64,000 nucleotides of DNA from Alphaproteobacteria bacterium. GTDB taxonomy: Bacteria; Pseudomonadota; Alphaproteobacteria; SHVV01. Shown here piece by piece: positions 19,427 to 29,519 of the stretch. Every line of letters begins with the position of its first letter. Position 1 is the first letter of the stretch. The notes beneath the pieces are model-generated. The model saw only the letters and a list, made by a program, of their open reading frames with translations, was not told the origin of the DNA and did not search any database. Position numbers and translations under genes: made by a program. The stretch is taken from positions 256,001 through 320,000 of the forward strand of contig OZ253470.1 of assembly GCA_965261735.1 (NCBI GenBank), written 5' to 3'.

Positions 19427-19675
19427 ATGCCGTGTGCATAAAGTCACGGCCCATGGCGGGGCGCTTCGCGCCACCGCCAATTGTGCGAGCTTACGCTCGC
19501 TGTCGGCTCCTCGTTCTTCGAACGACGCATCGCCGCCTATCGGATCGGCCGCTTCGCGCTATCGCCGTATGCGGGCGCTGAAGCGCCATGCTGGCGCCCG
19601 GCCATCCCCCATTGCAACTTCATTATCCGCATCCCGAAAACCGCCACGACGAACCCATATGCGCCGTCATTCGTC

Positions 19676-19978
19676 TCAGAACGGATCTTTGCCTTCTTCG
19701 GACACCATAGCCCTGGCAGCCTCAGCTACCTTCCTTCCCGGCAACACGCCCTTGTCCAGAAACGTCCGCAGACTGCGCTCCGTGATATCGATGCCGCCTG
19801 TTTTCAACACCTCATGCATTTGAGCCACCGTCACTCCCTTCGCCTGTTGCTTGACCAGCCGCTTCCGCAAACGGTCCAGTACATCAGTCAGGCTCAGCTT
19901 CGGCGGCTCAAGTTTCGCCAACTCGCCGTCTATTGCATCGAAGTCGATATCCGCTTCGTTGAAGCGTTTCGCCGGCAT
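19676..19978 (-). CDS. Small DNA-binding protein divergent from the relaxase (probable relaxosome accessory)
   Basis: GGAG RBS; 100 aa basic helical protein with an HTH-like segment (GVTVAQMHEVLKTGGIDITERSLRTFL); lies next to the candidate oriT. Confidence 0.65.
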   Translation of the reverse strand: MPAKRFNEADIDFDAIDGELAKLEPPKLSLTDVLDRLRKRLVKQQAKGVTVAQMHEVLKTGGIDITERSLRTFLDKGVLPGRKVAEAARAMVSEEGKDPF

Positions 19979-20170
19979 CGTCCATCTCCCCGCTGTTTCC
20001 AGAATCCGCGATCAAGCCCGGATTCTGCCATTGGTCCGACAGCCGGTCAATTCCGCCATTCGAACGGCCATTTCAAGTGTGCCGCCACGTTCCAAGGCAG
20101 GGCCAAATTCCCCTTGATCTCCGATTATGCAGTCTATATCCTCTCGCGAAACATGAGAGAGTATCTAAGT

Positions 20171-20197
20171 CGTCTCACACCTCTGCACCCTTGGTGC
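20171..20197 (-). other. oriT: Candidate MOBF oriT nick region
   Basis: Minus strand reads GCACC-AAG-GGTGC-AGAGGTGT^GAGACG: a short hairpin, 8 nt, then a GGTGT-ending nick, as in R388/IncN/F-type nic sites. Located in the low-GC gap upstream of the relaxase. Confidence 0.65.
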
Positions 20198-20381
20198 TTT
20201 GGGTCGATGAATGTAATGAGTGTTGACCTGACCTGCAGAGATCGCATGGCCGTTACGTTAAGCCCCTGTAAAATACAGGAATTCCCAAAGCTGGAATCAT
20301 GAGAGCTACGACAGTCAAATTCCAGCTGTGTTCCGGCCAGGTTGTATCCCTATCCGGCAACCTCGTTACCGGGCTGGCGTC

Positions 20382-23300
20382 ATGGTAGCCACTCTGGCCC
20401 AGGCCGCCTCGGCCGCCTATTACCTGGAGAGCCAGCGCTCTTTCAGACATCCCAACGAGTACTACACGGCGGGAGAAGAACCCGACGGCGTCTGGTTCAA
20501 TCCGAAGGGCCTGTTCGGACTCGCGGACGACGGCAAGGTCGATAGCAGCGATTTCCACCGGCTGTACAACGGCTTCGCACCGAACACCGGAGGAAAACTG
20601 ACACAAAATGCGGGCAGCGAACGCCGTTCTGCGGGTTTGGACATGACCTTCAGCGCTGACAAGAGTGTCTCCGCCTTGTGGGCGGTCGCCGATCCCGAGC
20701 TGCGATCGGAGATGGAGAAGGCTCATAACGATGCGGCGCGTGTGGCGCTGGAAGAAACTGTGCTGCGCCATTGCGCCTATACCCGTACCCGTACCCAGGA
20801 CGGCGATATCGAGGTGCTGTCCGCCGATATATCTGCCGCGATGTTCCAGCATGGAACCAGCCGGGACAACGACCCGCAGCTTCATACCCACTGCGTGATC
20901 TTCAATGCCGCCCGGACACACCGCGACGGCAAGTACCGAGCGCTGCATCAGCATCCGGTCTACACCTGGATGAAAGCGGCGGGGGCAGTCTACCGCACTG
21001 CCATGGCATGGAGCCTCCAAGAGCGTCTCGGTATCCGCATGGAACAGTATGGAAAGGATGGAGAGTTTACGCGCATCGCAGGCATGCCCGAGGACTTGAT
21101 CGGACACTGGTCGAAGCGCCGGATGGCGATTATCGAAGCGGCCCGGGAGATGGGCTTTACGGTCGAAGGCAACGCGCCGCGCGCGGCGGCGGCGAACAAG
21201 ATCACGCGGGTCGGCAAGTCGCCGGACAACGACCCGGAGATTCGCCATGCGCGCTGGCGCGGAGAAGCGGAGGGGTATGTCGAGCGGGAAGCACTGATTG
21301 CCTCGATATTGGACAAGGCGCAAGCCATTATGCAACAGCAGATCCGGGCGCTGACGGAAGTCCTGGAAAACCTGCCGGAACGCCTCACGCGCGAGGAGGC
21401 GGTGTTTCGCCTCCCGGACATCGTCGAGCGGGTTGGCAACGCCACCGCCGGGCTCCTGAACCGCGATGCGGTAGCAACAAGCATAGAGCGTGTTCTTCTG
21501 AGCCCAGAGGTGGTGCGACTGACCCGCCCTCCGCGTTCGGCCGAGGGCCGGGCCGACATGGCGCATACCAGGCTCTATTCAACCCGTCACAACCTGCAGA
21601 TGGAGATGGAAGTCAGGGATATGGCGGAGGGCATGGCCGCCGGTAAGGGACATTCCCTGTCCGCCCAGGTCATCGAGGCAAAGGTGGTGGGGCTGCTAAA
21701 GGCGGGTTATCCGCTGAGCGAAGAACAGATCACGGCAATACGGACGGTCACGTCTTCCGGGGGCCGGGTCGCCATCATCGAAGGAGCGGCAGGTTCTGGC
21801 AAGACCACGACGTTGCGGCCCATCGCCGATCTCTATCGCGAACACGGACAGAGCATCATCGCCACCGCCGTGGCCTGGCGGACAGCAGTGGCGTTGGGCA
21901 ACGATGTCGATGCGCGCCCGTTCTGCGTCGACAAGCTGCTGCGCCTTGCCGCGCGGGGCGGGATCGAGATTAACAAGGATACCACCATCATCGTCGATGA
22001 GGCGGGGATGCTGTCGACCCGCCAGGCGCATCACATTCTCCAGCTCTCCGAGCGCCATGGAGCGAAGATCGTCTTCGCGGGCGACACGCAACAACAGCAA
22101 CCCGTGGAAGCTGGACCGGGGTTGAGGTTGATTCGCGACGCCGTTGGCAGCGTGCGGGTGGACCGCATACGGCGCCAGAAAGCGGACATCGAGGATATCC
22201 TGGTTCATGTCCATGGTGAGACGCCGGAGGCAGCGCGGTTCCGGGCAGGGCTTATGGGAGAGCAAGAACGCGCCAAAAAGCTTGGCAATTACGAGGCCAT
22301 GACTGAGAAACCCCAGTTCACGCCGTGGCAGGTTTCCGCGTCGGAAGCGTTGCGCGATGGAGATGCGGCATCGGCCATCGCGGCCCATCACACAAGGAGG
22401 CGGTTCCATATCGGGTATGACGAAGAAAAGACGCTGACGGGTCTGGTCGATGATTGGGACAGTTACCAGAGGACAAACCCTGGCAAATCCAGTGTGGTGC
22501 TGGCCCGCACACGGGCCGAGGTGCGGGCTCTTTCGCATCTCATGCGGGAGCGTCGTTTCGCCGCCCTGCCGGATGGTGATCAGCCCGATACGGAACGGGT
22601 AACGGTGATGGTAAGCAGGGGTACAGAAGACGATCGTGCGGCTTCTCCATTGGAGATCGCGCGCGGCGACCAACTGCGTATCGGCGCCACGCACTGGGAG
22701 AAGCAGCTGTTCAACGGCACCGTGGTCACGGTGGACGACTTCAAGGTTCAAAGAGGGGAGGCTGGTACGGAACCAAGTGTCCTGATATCGGCTCGCACCG
22801 AGGATGGGCGGTCCGTCGCGTTCCGCCACGACGAGATCCGCGACTGGTACGGCAATGTCCGTCTCGATCATGGCTATGCCCTCACTATTACCTCCGCCCA
22901 GGGGTTGACCGTGGACCGGACGTTCCTGTTGGCGGATGCAAGGCCCGCGCGTGAAACCATCTATCCCGCGGCGACGCGCCACCGCGAAGGGCTCGATATT
23001 TACGTTAACCGGGCACCGCTCGCTCTCGATATCGCCGACAGGCGAGCGGACAACGACCGGGAAATCGCGGTGACGGACACCGAGATCCGGGCGTATCTGG
23101 CCGAACGCTGGTCGAGGTCGCAACCGAAGGAGGCCGCGCTCGACTACATGGCCGCGGGCAAATGGGAAAACCGGCGGGAGAATGTCAAGGAGGATAGAAG
23201 TCGGTCCGCCGGAGAAACACAGGCCGAGGCGGGCCAGGGACGGGCGGCGGAGAACGACAACACGCTGGCCCGTATCGCGCGGGATATTCGGCGCACCGCC

Positions 23301-24557
23301 TTCGGCTGGCGTCATGCCCAGACGGTAGCTTCGTTCGTAGACGGCCGCAGGCGAGTTCTGGCGGCTTACGATGAACTCCGCGAGCGCACCCGAGCCGAGG
23401 GCGACTCTGTGGCGCTGGGCCGGGCATTTCGAGAAACCCTCAACCGGCACGCCGTGCTGCTGAAACAGGCCGCGGCCTTCCACGCCCGGCCGGACGACTT
23501 CGCCTCCCTTCTGGCCCAGCGCGGCGGCATCGGGCACAAGGACCTCGACGCCTTCGAGGATCTCCATACACGGGCGCGACGCCACCGGCGCGCGGCCACG
23601 ATGCGCTATGTGCATCGGATCAAGCGGGAGGCCGAACAACAGGGGCTCGAGCCCGAGAGGCGCCACGGAGTGCTGCCGCTTGGGGGCCGAGCCATTGAAG
23701 CGGCCGAACGAGCCGAAACGGAAGAGCGGAATACGATTGCGGCGCCAACCGAGGTTCATGCCGGCGAGGCGGTGCCCGCAAGGAACGTGGAACCCGCGAA
23801 GCCGTACTGGTATGCGCCCTACATGGCATTGCGCCAGGACTGGAACGCCTTCATCGAAGGTGCCCGGCAAGCTGGGATGATGACGTTCTATGCCAAGGGG
23901 TATGCGGACATGATCCCGCGCATCCGGGACCTCGCAGAGAACCCGGATGTCCCAGCCGTAACACGGGCGCCCATGATGCAGGTTCTGGAGAATCACCAGC
24001 GTTATTTCTCGACGCGCAAACATATTGAGGACTACCTGGACCAAGTGGACCGGCACATAGAAGAACACGACTCCATGGAAAGCCTGGCCGAAGAGCTCGA
24101 CATGAAAGTGGCCGAGATTTCGGATTATCCTGACTGGCGCCGGGAGAACGACCACCTGACGACAGCGGGCGAGGCCATCCTCTCGGACATGGAGACCCAC
24201 GGTCCCCATCTCGATCACATCCTGATCGGCGAGACACGCATGAAATGGGCGCTCTTGAACATGAGCCGCGCCATCCGCCGCGACGACGAGGCCATCAGCG
24301 AGGAAGCCATCGCGGCCGAAAAGCTGCTTGCCCAGCCGGAAACGTCCGAGGAGCGGGAGCAGCGGGCCGAACTGGAGGCTCTCAAATTCCGTCGGCTCCA
24401 GTCGGCTGTGGACGATGCAGCCACACAAGAGGAGCGCGAGGCGGCGCAAAAGGAATTCGACGACTATGTCGAGCGCCACTCCGGAAAGTACGATTCGCCC
24501 AGCGAAGAGGAGCACGAGGGCCGCTCAATATCCAGGAGCTGGAGCATCCGCCTGTAA
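20382..24557 (+). CDS. traA: MOBF (TrwC-type) conjugative relaxase-helicase
   Basis: N-terminal YY..EYY tyrosines, GLDMTFSADKSVS, HUH motif FQHGTSRDNDPQLHTHCV, WSKRR; helicase GAAGSGKTT, DEAGM, GDTQQ, HGYALTITSAQGLTVD. Confidence 0.95.
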   Translation: MVATLAQAASAAYYLESQRSFRHPNEYYTAGEEPDGVWFNPKGLFGLADDGKVDSSDFHRLYNGFAPNTGGKLTQNAGSERRSAGLDMTFSADKSVSALWAVADPELRSEMEKAHNDAARVALEETVLRHCAYTRTRTQDGDIEVLSADISAAMFQHGTSRDNDPQLHTHCVIFNAARTHRDGKYRALHQHPVYTWMKAAGAVYRTAMAWSLQERLGIRMEQYGKDGEFTRIAGMPEDLIGHWSKRRMAIIEAAREMGFTVEGNAPRAAAANKITRVGKSPDNDPEIRHARWRGEAEGYVEREALIASILDKAQAIMQQQIRALTEVLENLPERLTREEAVFRLPDIVERVGNATAGLLNRDAVATSIERVLLSPEVVRLTRPPRSAEGRADMAHTRLYSTRHNLQMEMEVRDMAEGMAAGKGHSLSAQVIEAKVVGLLKAGYPLSEEQITAIRTVTSSGGRVAIIEGAAGSGKTTTLRPIADLYREHGQSIIATAVAWRTAVALGNDVDARPFCVDKLLRLAARGGIEINKDTTIIVDEAGMLSTRQAHHILQLSERHGAKIVFAGDTQQQQPVEAGPGLRLIRDAVGSVRVDRIRRQKADIEDILVHVHGETPEAARFRAGLMGEQERAKKLGNYEAMTEKPQFTPWQVSASEALRDGDAASAIAAHHTRRRFHIGYDEEKTLTGLVDDWDSYQRTNPGKSSVVLARTRAEVRALSHLMRERRFAALPDGDQPDTERVTVMVSRGTEDDRAASPLEIARGDQLRIGATHWEKQLFNGTVVTVDDFKVQRGEAGTEPSVLISARTEDGRSVAFRHDEIRDWYGNVRLDHGYALTITSAQGLTVDRTFLLADARPARETIYPAATRHREGLDIYVNRAPLALDIADRRADNDREIAVTDTEIRAYLAERWSRSQPKEAALDYMAAGKWENRRENVKEDRSRSAGETQAEAGQGRAAENDNTLARIARDIRRTAFGWRHAQTVASFVDGRRRVLAAYDELRERTRAEGDSVALGRAFRETLNRHAVLLKQAAAFHARPDDFASLLAQRGGIGHKDLDAFEDLHTRARRHRRAATMRYVHRIKREAEQQGLEPERRHGVLPLGGRAIEAAERAETEERNTIAAPTEVHAGEAVPARNVEPAKPYWYAPYMALRQDWNAFIEGARQAGMMTFYAKGYADMIPRIRDLAENPDVPAVTRAPMMQVLENHQRYFSTRKHIEDYLDQVDRHIEEHDSMESLAEELDMKVAEISDYPDWRRENDHLTTAGEAILSDMETHGPHLDHILIGETRMKWALLNMSRAIRRDDEAISEEAIAAEKLLAQPETSEEREQRAELEALKFRRLQSAVDDAATQEEREAAQKEFDDYVERHSGKYDSPSEEEHEGRSISRSWSIRL

Positions 24558-25096
24558 CTGCAACCCGTTTGGCCACATCCGCGCCCTTTCCCGTGACCTC
24601 GTGGCATGGATGCCGCCAATCACCGAACAGGTAATGCTCGACTGACAGGCACAGAACCCCACCGTATTTTCAGCTTGACGCGGGTTTCAGATCGAACAAC
24701 ATCTTACCTCCCGTCCTATTGAGACGGGCTCACAAAACGGGCACGGGGTTCGGTCGGCCTTCGATCAGAAATCCGTATCAATAAGCCTCCGCCACGAGGC
24801 GGAAGATCAGATCGTCCAGCCAGCCCGTCAACGGATTGTCGACAACCGTTTCCTCCGCAAGCAGACTCTCGGGCTCGGTGCTCTTGGTCCAGAACCTCGC
24901 GTCCCAGAGATCCCGGCGCGCCTCGGCAAGTGCAAAAAGATGAATGCTTGGTGTTTGGCATCGCTCCCATTCAGCCGAGCGGAACCGCTTTCCGGCCGAC
25001 CATGTTGTTCGGCGTGGGTGTTCAACGCCGATAGGCATGCTAACCCATTGACGTTCCGAGAGTCTGGGGGGTCAAGCGCCTACGCCTAACAACAGC

Positions 25097-25224
25097 ATTG
25101 CCAAGTTAACTGATTGTAGGCTGTTTTCGGCATTTCCCCATGAAGCTAAGCCATTGAATTTGCATAGGGCAGCCATCGACAATTTATCGAAATTTTCGGA
25201 GTAAATCGGGTTAACTTGACAAAG
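25097..25224. mobile_element. MITE-like element, copy A
   Basis: Terminal inverted repeats TTG(C/T)CAAGTTAAC ... GTTAACTTGACAA; ~85% identical by hand alignment to the reverse complement of 29264-29390. Confidence 0.8.
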
Positions 25225-25420
25225 CCTCGGCACCAGCACCCCGCGCGGGCCGGCCTCAGCCATTTTCATCGATGTGCCGGTCGTCCAGCGCCCGGTCGCG
25301 TCCACCTCCAGCTCGCCCGTGCCGTAGCCCAGAATCCCCCACACCGAGAGCCGCTCGCTCAGCGCAAGCCGCGCATAGGGAGGGGTGCACGCTCGTGAGC
25401 GTGGTCCCCCGCAACCCTGC
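25225..25420 (-). pseudogene. Fragment of an autotransporter-like beta-barrel domain
   Basis: Pieces in two frames, TLTSVHP.. and LSERLSVWGILGYGTGELEVDATGRWTTGTSMKMAEAGPRGVLVP, ending exactly at the MITE boundary. Confidence 0.5.
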
Positions 25421-25549
25421 CCTCGAGATCAACGTAGCTGAACAAGCTGCCCCTAGACTCGTCTGAACCTCGCATCCGTTCCTCCTTCGGTCCACAAACC
25501 GAAAGAATCACTCACCGACTCCAAAGGCGAGGACTTTTTCAGCATCCTG

Positions 25550-26524
25550 CTAGTGGGCCATCTCCCGGATCAGGGCCTTGACCATTCGGGCCGCGTTGCC
25601 CGCCGCCAGGCGGAGGAAGACTTCGAGCTGGTTGGCCTGCCCGCTTCCTCCGGCGAGGTCCGAAAGGCTCCTGACCGCGATGAACGGAACACCGTTTGCG
25701 AAAGCGACATGCGCCACGGCGGCGCTTTCCATATCGAGCACCTGTGCGCCGAAGGTCTCGAAGGCGTAGTCGCGAAACGCCGCATTGTCGATGAAGGCCC
25801 CGCCCGATACGCCAGAGCCGCCGACCGCGACCCGGGGGGCATGCCGCAGGCACCGGTTTTCGGCAGTGCAGCGGTCAAGCGAGACCGTGGCGGCCGCCTA
25901 CCGCGCTTGGGCGAGGAGCGTTTCGTCCACCGGAAACCAGAAGCGTGTTTCGGGCCCGGCCGAGCCGGCTCGGCTGACGATCACCGACCGCGGGAACATC
26001 ATGCCGAAATTCGCAAACGGGTATTCGAAGAACGGCGGCTTCTCCCAGCCGTCTCCGGCCTTTTGCGCGAACAGCATCTCCAGGTATTGGCCCCAGCGGT
26101 CGGCGATCACGACATCGTCGATCCTGAGACCGGGGTCCACCCCGCCCGCAATGCCGGAAAAGACGATGCTTTGGACATGGAAACGGTCGAGCGCGGGCTG
26201 CACCGTCATCGCTGCATTCACCACGCTGATACCGCTCAGGAACAGCACGACATCGCGGCCCTCGAGCCGGCCGGTGACGAACTCGACGCCGTTCACGGAA
26301 TACACGGCACTGTCCTGGAGGCCCGCCTTCAGGATCGACATTTCCGGCAGGAAGGCCGAGACGACGGCGATCCGGCTCGTGCCGTCGTCGCGGGGATGCG
26401 CAGCCGCCGGCAGTGCGAACGCCGCCGCCATCAGGGCCCCAACGGCGAGACCGGCGACGGTTCTCACCAAGACCGCTATCCGCCGCAAGCGTCGCCCTTC
26501 GGGAACCGAAAGTATCTGGACCAT
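25550..26524 (-). pseudogene. mtnN: 5'-methylthioadenosine/S-adenosylhomocysteine nucleosidase with signal peptide, interrupted by one in-frame TAG
   Basis: RIAVVSAFLPE, LSGISVVNAA, VFSGIAGG, then TAG at 25898-25900. The same frame continues GVSGGAFIDN..LDMESAAVAHVA..VPFIAVRSLSDLAGG. Confidence 0.88.
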
Positions 26525-27157
26525 CTATCCATCTCCCGGACGGTTCGCATGCGAGCCGACAATCGTCGCTATTCGTCGAGCGCCATTACTGGCCCGGAGT
26601 CCGCAGGCAAGCAACCATATTTCTTTCGGGCAGTGCGGCAGTCTTCTGATCTGTCAGGCTGACGCGGGTAGCCAGCGGCGAGTACAACGGCCAAGCCGCG
26701 TCTGGCGCGCTGATCGTTCCCGGCGAGGCGTAAGCGCGGGAGGCGGCACGGGCTGCATCGTCTATCGCAAGCTGACGAATTTCCACGGCCCGTCGGCAAC
26801 GCCGACCGGGATCTTGGTTCGCTTTTCAGTATCCATGTAGTTGTCAAGACAACCGGCACTTACCTGCGTCTCCGAAGCACCGCGCGCCGGTCAGAGGGCG
26901 TGCTGAGCTGTAAGCTGGGCGACGAAATCGCGCGCCATTGACGTGGCCCGAACTCTTTGCATCCTTGCACTTAAGCCGTCAGTTACTTCAACACGTCGCC
27001 GCATGCCAACGTGCCGTAACTCGAACCGCTTGACCATGGAGTGGCGCAGGTTCTGGCCTTTGACGCTTGTCGCAAATCGAGTAATCGACACGATCTAAGA
27101 CCTGTAAGGAATCTCGTATGCGAATTGCGAAAGTCGGGATAGTCAAACGAATTGATC

Positions 27158-29176
27158 TCACTCAGGGGTTGTTGGGCTCGAATTACCGGGCGTACCAAGA
27201 TACTGGGTCTTGAATTCCCGGCGTGCTTCGCGGATAGCGGCGATAATCTCGCGTTTGAAGTCCTCCCGGCTCAACGTTTCCTCAAGCTCCAGCAACGCAA
27301 CGTCGATCGCGACACCCCCAGCGATACCGACGAGGATGCCGATGAATGCGCCGGCAGCTGTTCCCGCAACGGGTACAACTGTTCCAGCGGCCGCGCCAGC
27401 CAATGCGCCAGCTCCAACCTTGCTGGCCAGCGCTTTGACCGGCGCCTTGGCTGCTAACTTGATGACGGACTTTACGAGCAATTTCGCTGTGACTTTCTGA
27501 GCGATGATACCCCCGACGCCAGCGCCGGCTGCCGAACCGGCAGCGCCCGCTACTCCGAATCTGTGCGCGGCGGGAATGAAATCCTGATAGAAGGATGGCT
27601 GGAGGATGTCCTCAAGCGACTTAGTCAATACGACTTCGACCGCGGCGTGTTGTGGGTCTATTCGGTTCCGATCGAGTATGTCGCGCACCGCCTGCTCGTA
27701 CGCCGTCCTTGCGTTTTCATCGGCGGCGAACACGCGTTCGATGCCAGTATTGACGCCTGCGAACCACTGGTCCCGCCCGAACGTTTCGCCGGCCTTCTCA
27801 GTCAGATACCCTTCCAGGCGACTTGTTCCTCCGGTTAGCAGCATCAAAATTCGGCCATACTCGCCGGTCAGGCTGTAATACCAGTCGAGATATTCGTTAA
27901 CCGCGTCATTTTCGAGTCGCGCAAACGCAGCATCTACTTCGCCCCGAAGCTGATCGGCAGCCGCACCAACTGACGAGGCGGCTTCGGCACGCGCATTTTC
28001 GATTTGTTCAACGGTCCCCTGCCGGTAAAGACAGCGATGCTCGTCCGCGTCGATTTGGCTGTCACCGCTGCAATTGACGTCGCCGTTTATCTGCTCAACG
28101 GGCGGAAGCGCGTCAACCACGGACGTAATCGTTTTTTCCACCTTCTTGCGATGGCTCGCAATCTCCGACGCCCACGGCTCCAGTTGCGCGAGCAGCTGGG
28201 GAAAGATGAAGACTGACAGGATCGTCGTAACCACTGCGACCTTGAATGCAGCCGCCGCTGATCGCGGTACAAGATTCGCTTGCATGAATCCGGCTCGCGG
28301 GATCCGGAAGAAGGACAACGCAAGACAGGCGTTGTAGAGGATTGCGAAGTTGCCGATGCCCATCCCGAACAAGGCCAACAGCCACAACCCCCAGTGTACG
28401 TCCATAGAACGAAGATGGCCGAGCACAAAGGCCTCAAGGCCGTGGAAGTAGGCAAGCCCGTGCAGTGCTTCACCCACCAGAGCGTTCCCGCCCCACTCAT
28501 CGGTTGCCGCGACCTTTTTTGCGGTAATGGCAGCATCGATCGTCGCATGCTGTGGCGGGTCACCCAACCACGTCATCGCGAGCACGTAGAGCACCAGAAA
28601 TAACGCAGGACAAATCCAGCGCGACCACGCCAATGCCTGGGTGACCGCCACGTCCGCGTGCATCCCTGCATTCAACAGCCGGCGGTGAATGGCGGCGGAG
28701 AAGACTGAAAATAGCGGAATGATCAGGATCAGGACCAGCCATCCCGCCAGTTCGTAGACATGAAACTGCAACAGCAGGAGGAACGACATCCCCAGCCCCC
28801 AGATCGTCCACATCAGGATTCTCAGCGTTCGCCCGACCCACAGGTCGTATAGCCATCCCTGCCGCCAAAAAAATGCCGACGCTCTGCGCTGCTGACGCAC
28901 TGTGCCTGAACATATGCCGGCTAAGCACATGGGTGCGCCCAGCAGCAGCATGCCTATACCGAGAAACACCAGTTGTTCCATGGCCCAACCGCGTGAAACG
29001 GCGTAAACCGCCGAAACCCATAAAGTTGCCATAGCAACGAAGGGAAACTGACGGCAAGACCAGTCCCGTGGGTCGACATCCGTGACGGTGATTTCAGAGC
29101 CTTTCCGCGACGCCAGCAGTTCGTCTCCCCAATCCGAAGACGCTGGAGCGCGTTTCGTTGATTCCGGTGTGCTCAT
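27158..29176 (-). CDS. Hypothetical polytopic membrane protein with C-terminal glycine zipper
   Basis: 672-aa ORF with about 7 hydrophobic segments, a helical middle and GALAGAAAGTVVPVAGTAAGAFIGILVGIAGG. Start uncertain; lower GC than flanks. Confidence 0.75.
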   Translation of the reverse strand: MSTPESTKRAPASSDWGDELLASRKGSEITVTDVDPRDWSCRQFPFVAMATLWVSAVYAVSRGWAMEQLVFLGIGMLLLGAPMCLAGICSGTVRQQRRASAFFWRQGWLYDLWVGRTLRILMWTIWGLGMSFLLLLQFHVYELAGWLVLILIIPLFSVFSAAIHRRLLNAGMHADVAVTQALAWSRWICPALFLVLYVLAMTWLGDPPQHATIDAAITAKKVAATDEWGGNALVGEALHGLAYFHGLEAFVLGHLRSMDVHWGLWLLALFGMGIGNFAILYNACLALSFFRIPRAGFMQANLVPRSAAAAFKVAVVTTILSVFIFPQLLAQLEPWASEIASHRKKVEKTITSVVDALPPVEQINGDVNCSGDSQIDADEHRCLYRQGTVEQIENARAEAASSVGAAADQLRGEVDAAFARLENDAVNEYLDWYYSLTGEYGRILMLLTGGTSRLEGYLTEKAGETFGRDQWFAGVNTGIERVFAADENARTAYEQAVRDILDRNRIDPQHAAVEVVLTKSLEDILQPSFYQDFIPAAHRFGVAGAAGSAAGAGVGGIIAQKVTAKLLVKSVIKLAAKAPVKALASKVGAGALAGAAAGTVVPVAGTAAGAFIGILVGIAGGVAIDVALLELEETLSREDFKREIIAAIREARREFKTQYLGTPGNSSPTTPE

Positions 29177-29263
29177 GATGAACTCGACATTGGCGAACTA
29201 AAATGCACGGGGAAAAGCGTGTTCGAGGGAATACCCATTCGGTAACGCTTGCCCGTCTAGCGA

Positions 29264-29390
29264 CTTTGTCAAGTTAACCGGATTCACTCTGAAATCTCGG
29301 TAAACTGTCGACGGCTGCTTTACGCAATTTCAATGGCTTAGCCTCACAGAGAAATGCCGAAAACAGCCTACAATCGGTTAACTTGACAAT
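29264..29390. mobile_element. MITE-like element, copy B (inverted relative to copy A)
   Basis: Terminal inverted repeats TTGTCAAGTTAACCG ... CGGTTAACTTGACAA. Confidence 0.8.
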
Positions 29391-29519
29391 TCCCTCTCAT
29401 CACTCCAAAGCGCGCCCAGACTGATGGTCGAACTGATATGTTCCCAGGATAATCTACTCCGCATCCACTTGTTGTGTGCTCCTGATCTTGGTAACGCGTT
29501 GCGGCTCGACATTATGTAA

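Noticed and set aside
19481-20302. 273-aa + strand ORF across oriT
   Set aside because: Atypical composition; overlaps the better-supported 19676-19978 gene and the oriT gap.
21696-24515. 939-aa minus-strand ORF and many similar long antisense ORFs
   Set aside because: Shadows of well-supported high-GC genes on the opposite strand, with no motifs.
25898-25900. Pyrrolysine/alternative genetic code
   Set aside because: TAG acts as a normal stop elsewhere in the window (e.g. ssb 16867, res 57622); single occurrence.
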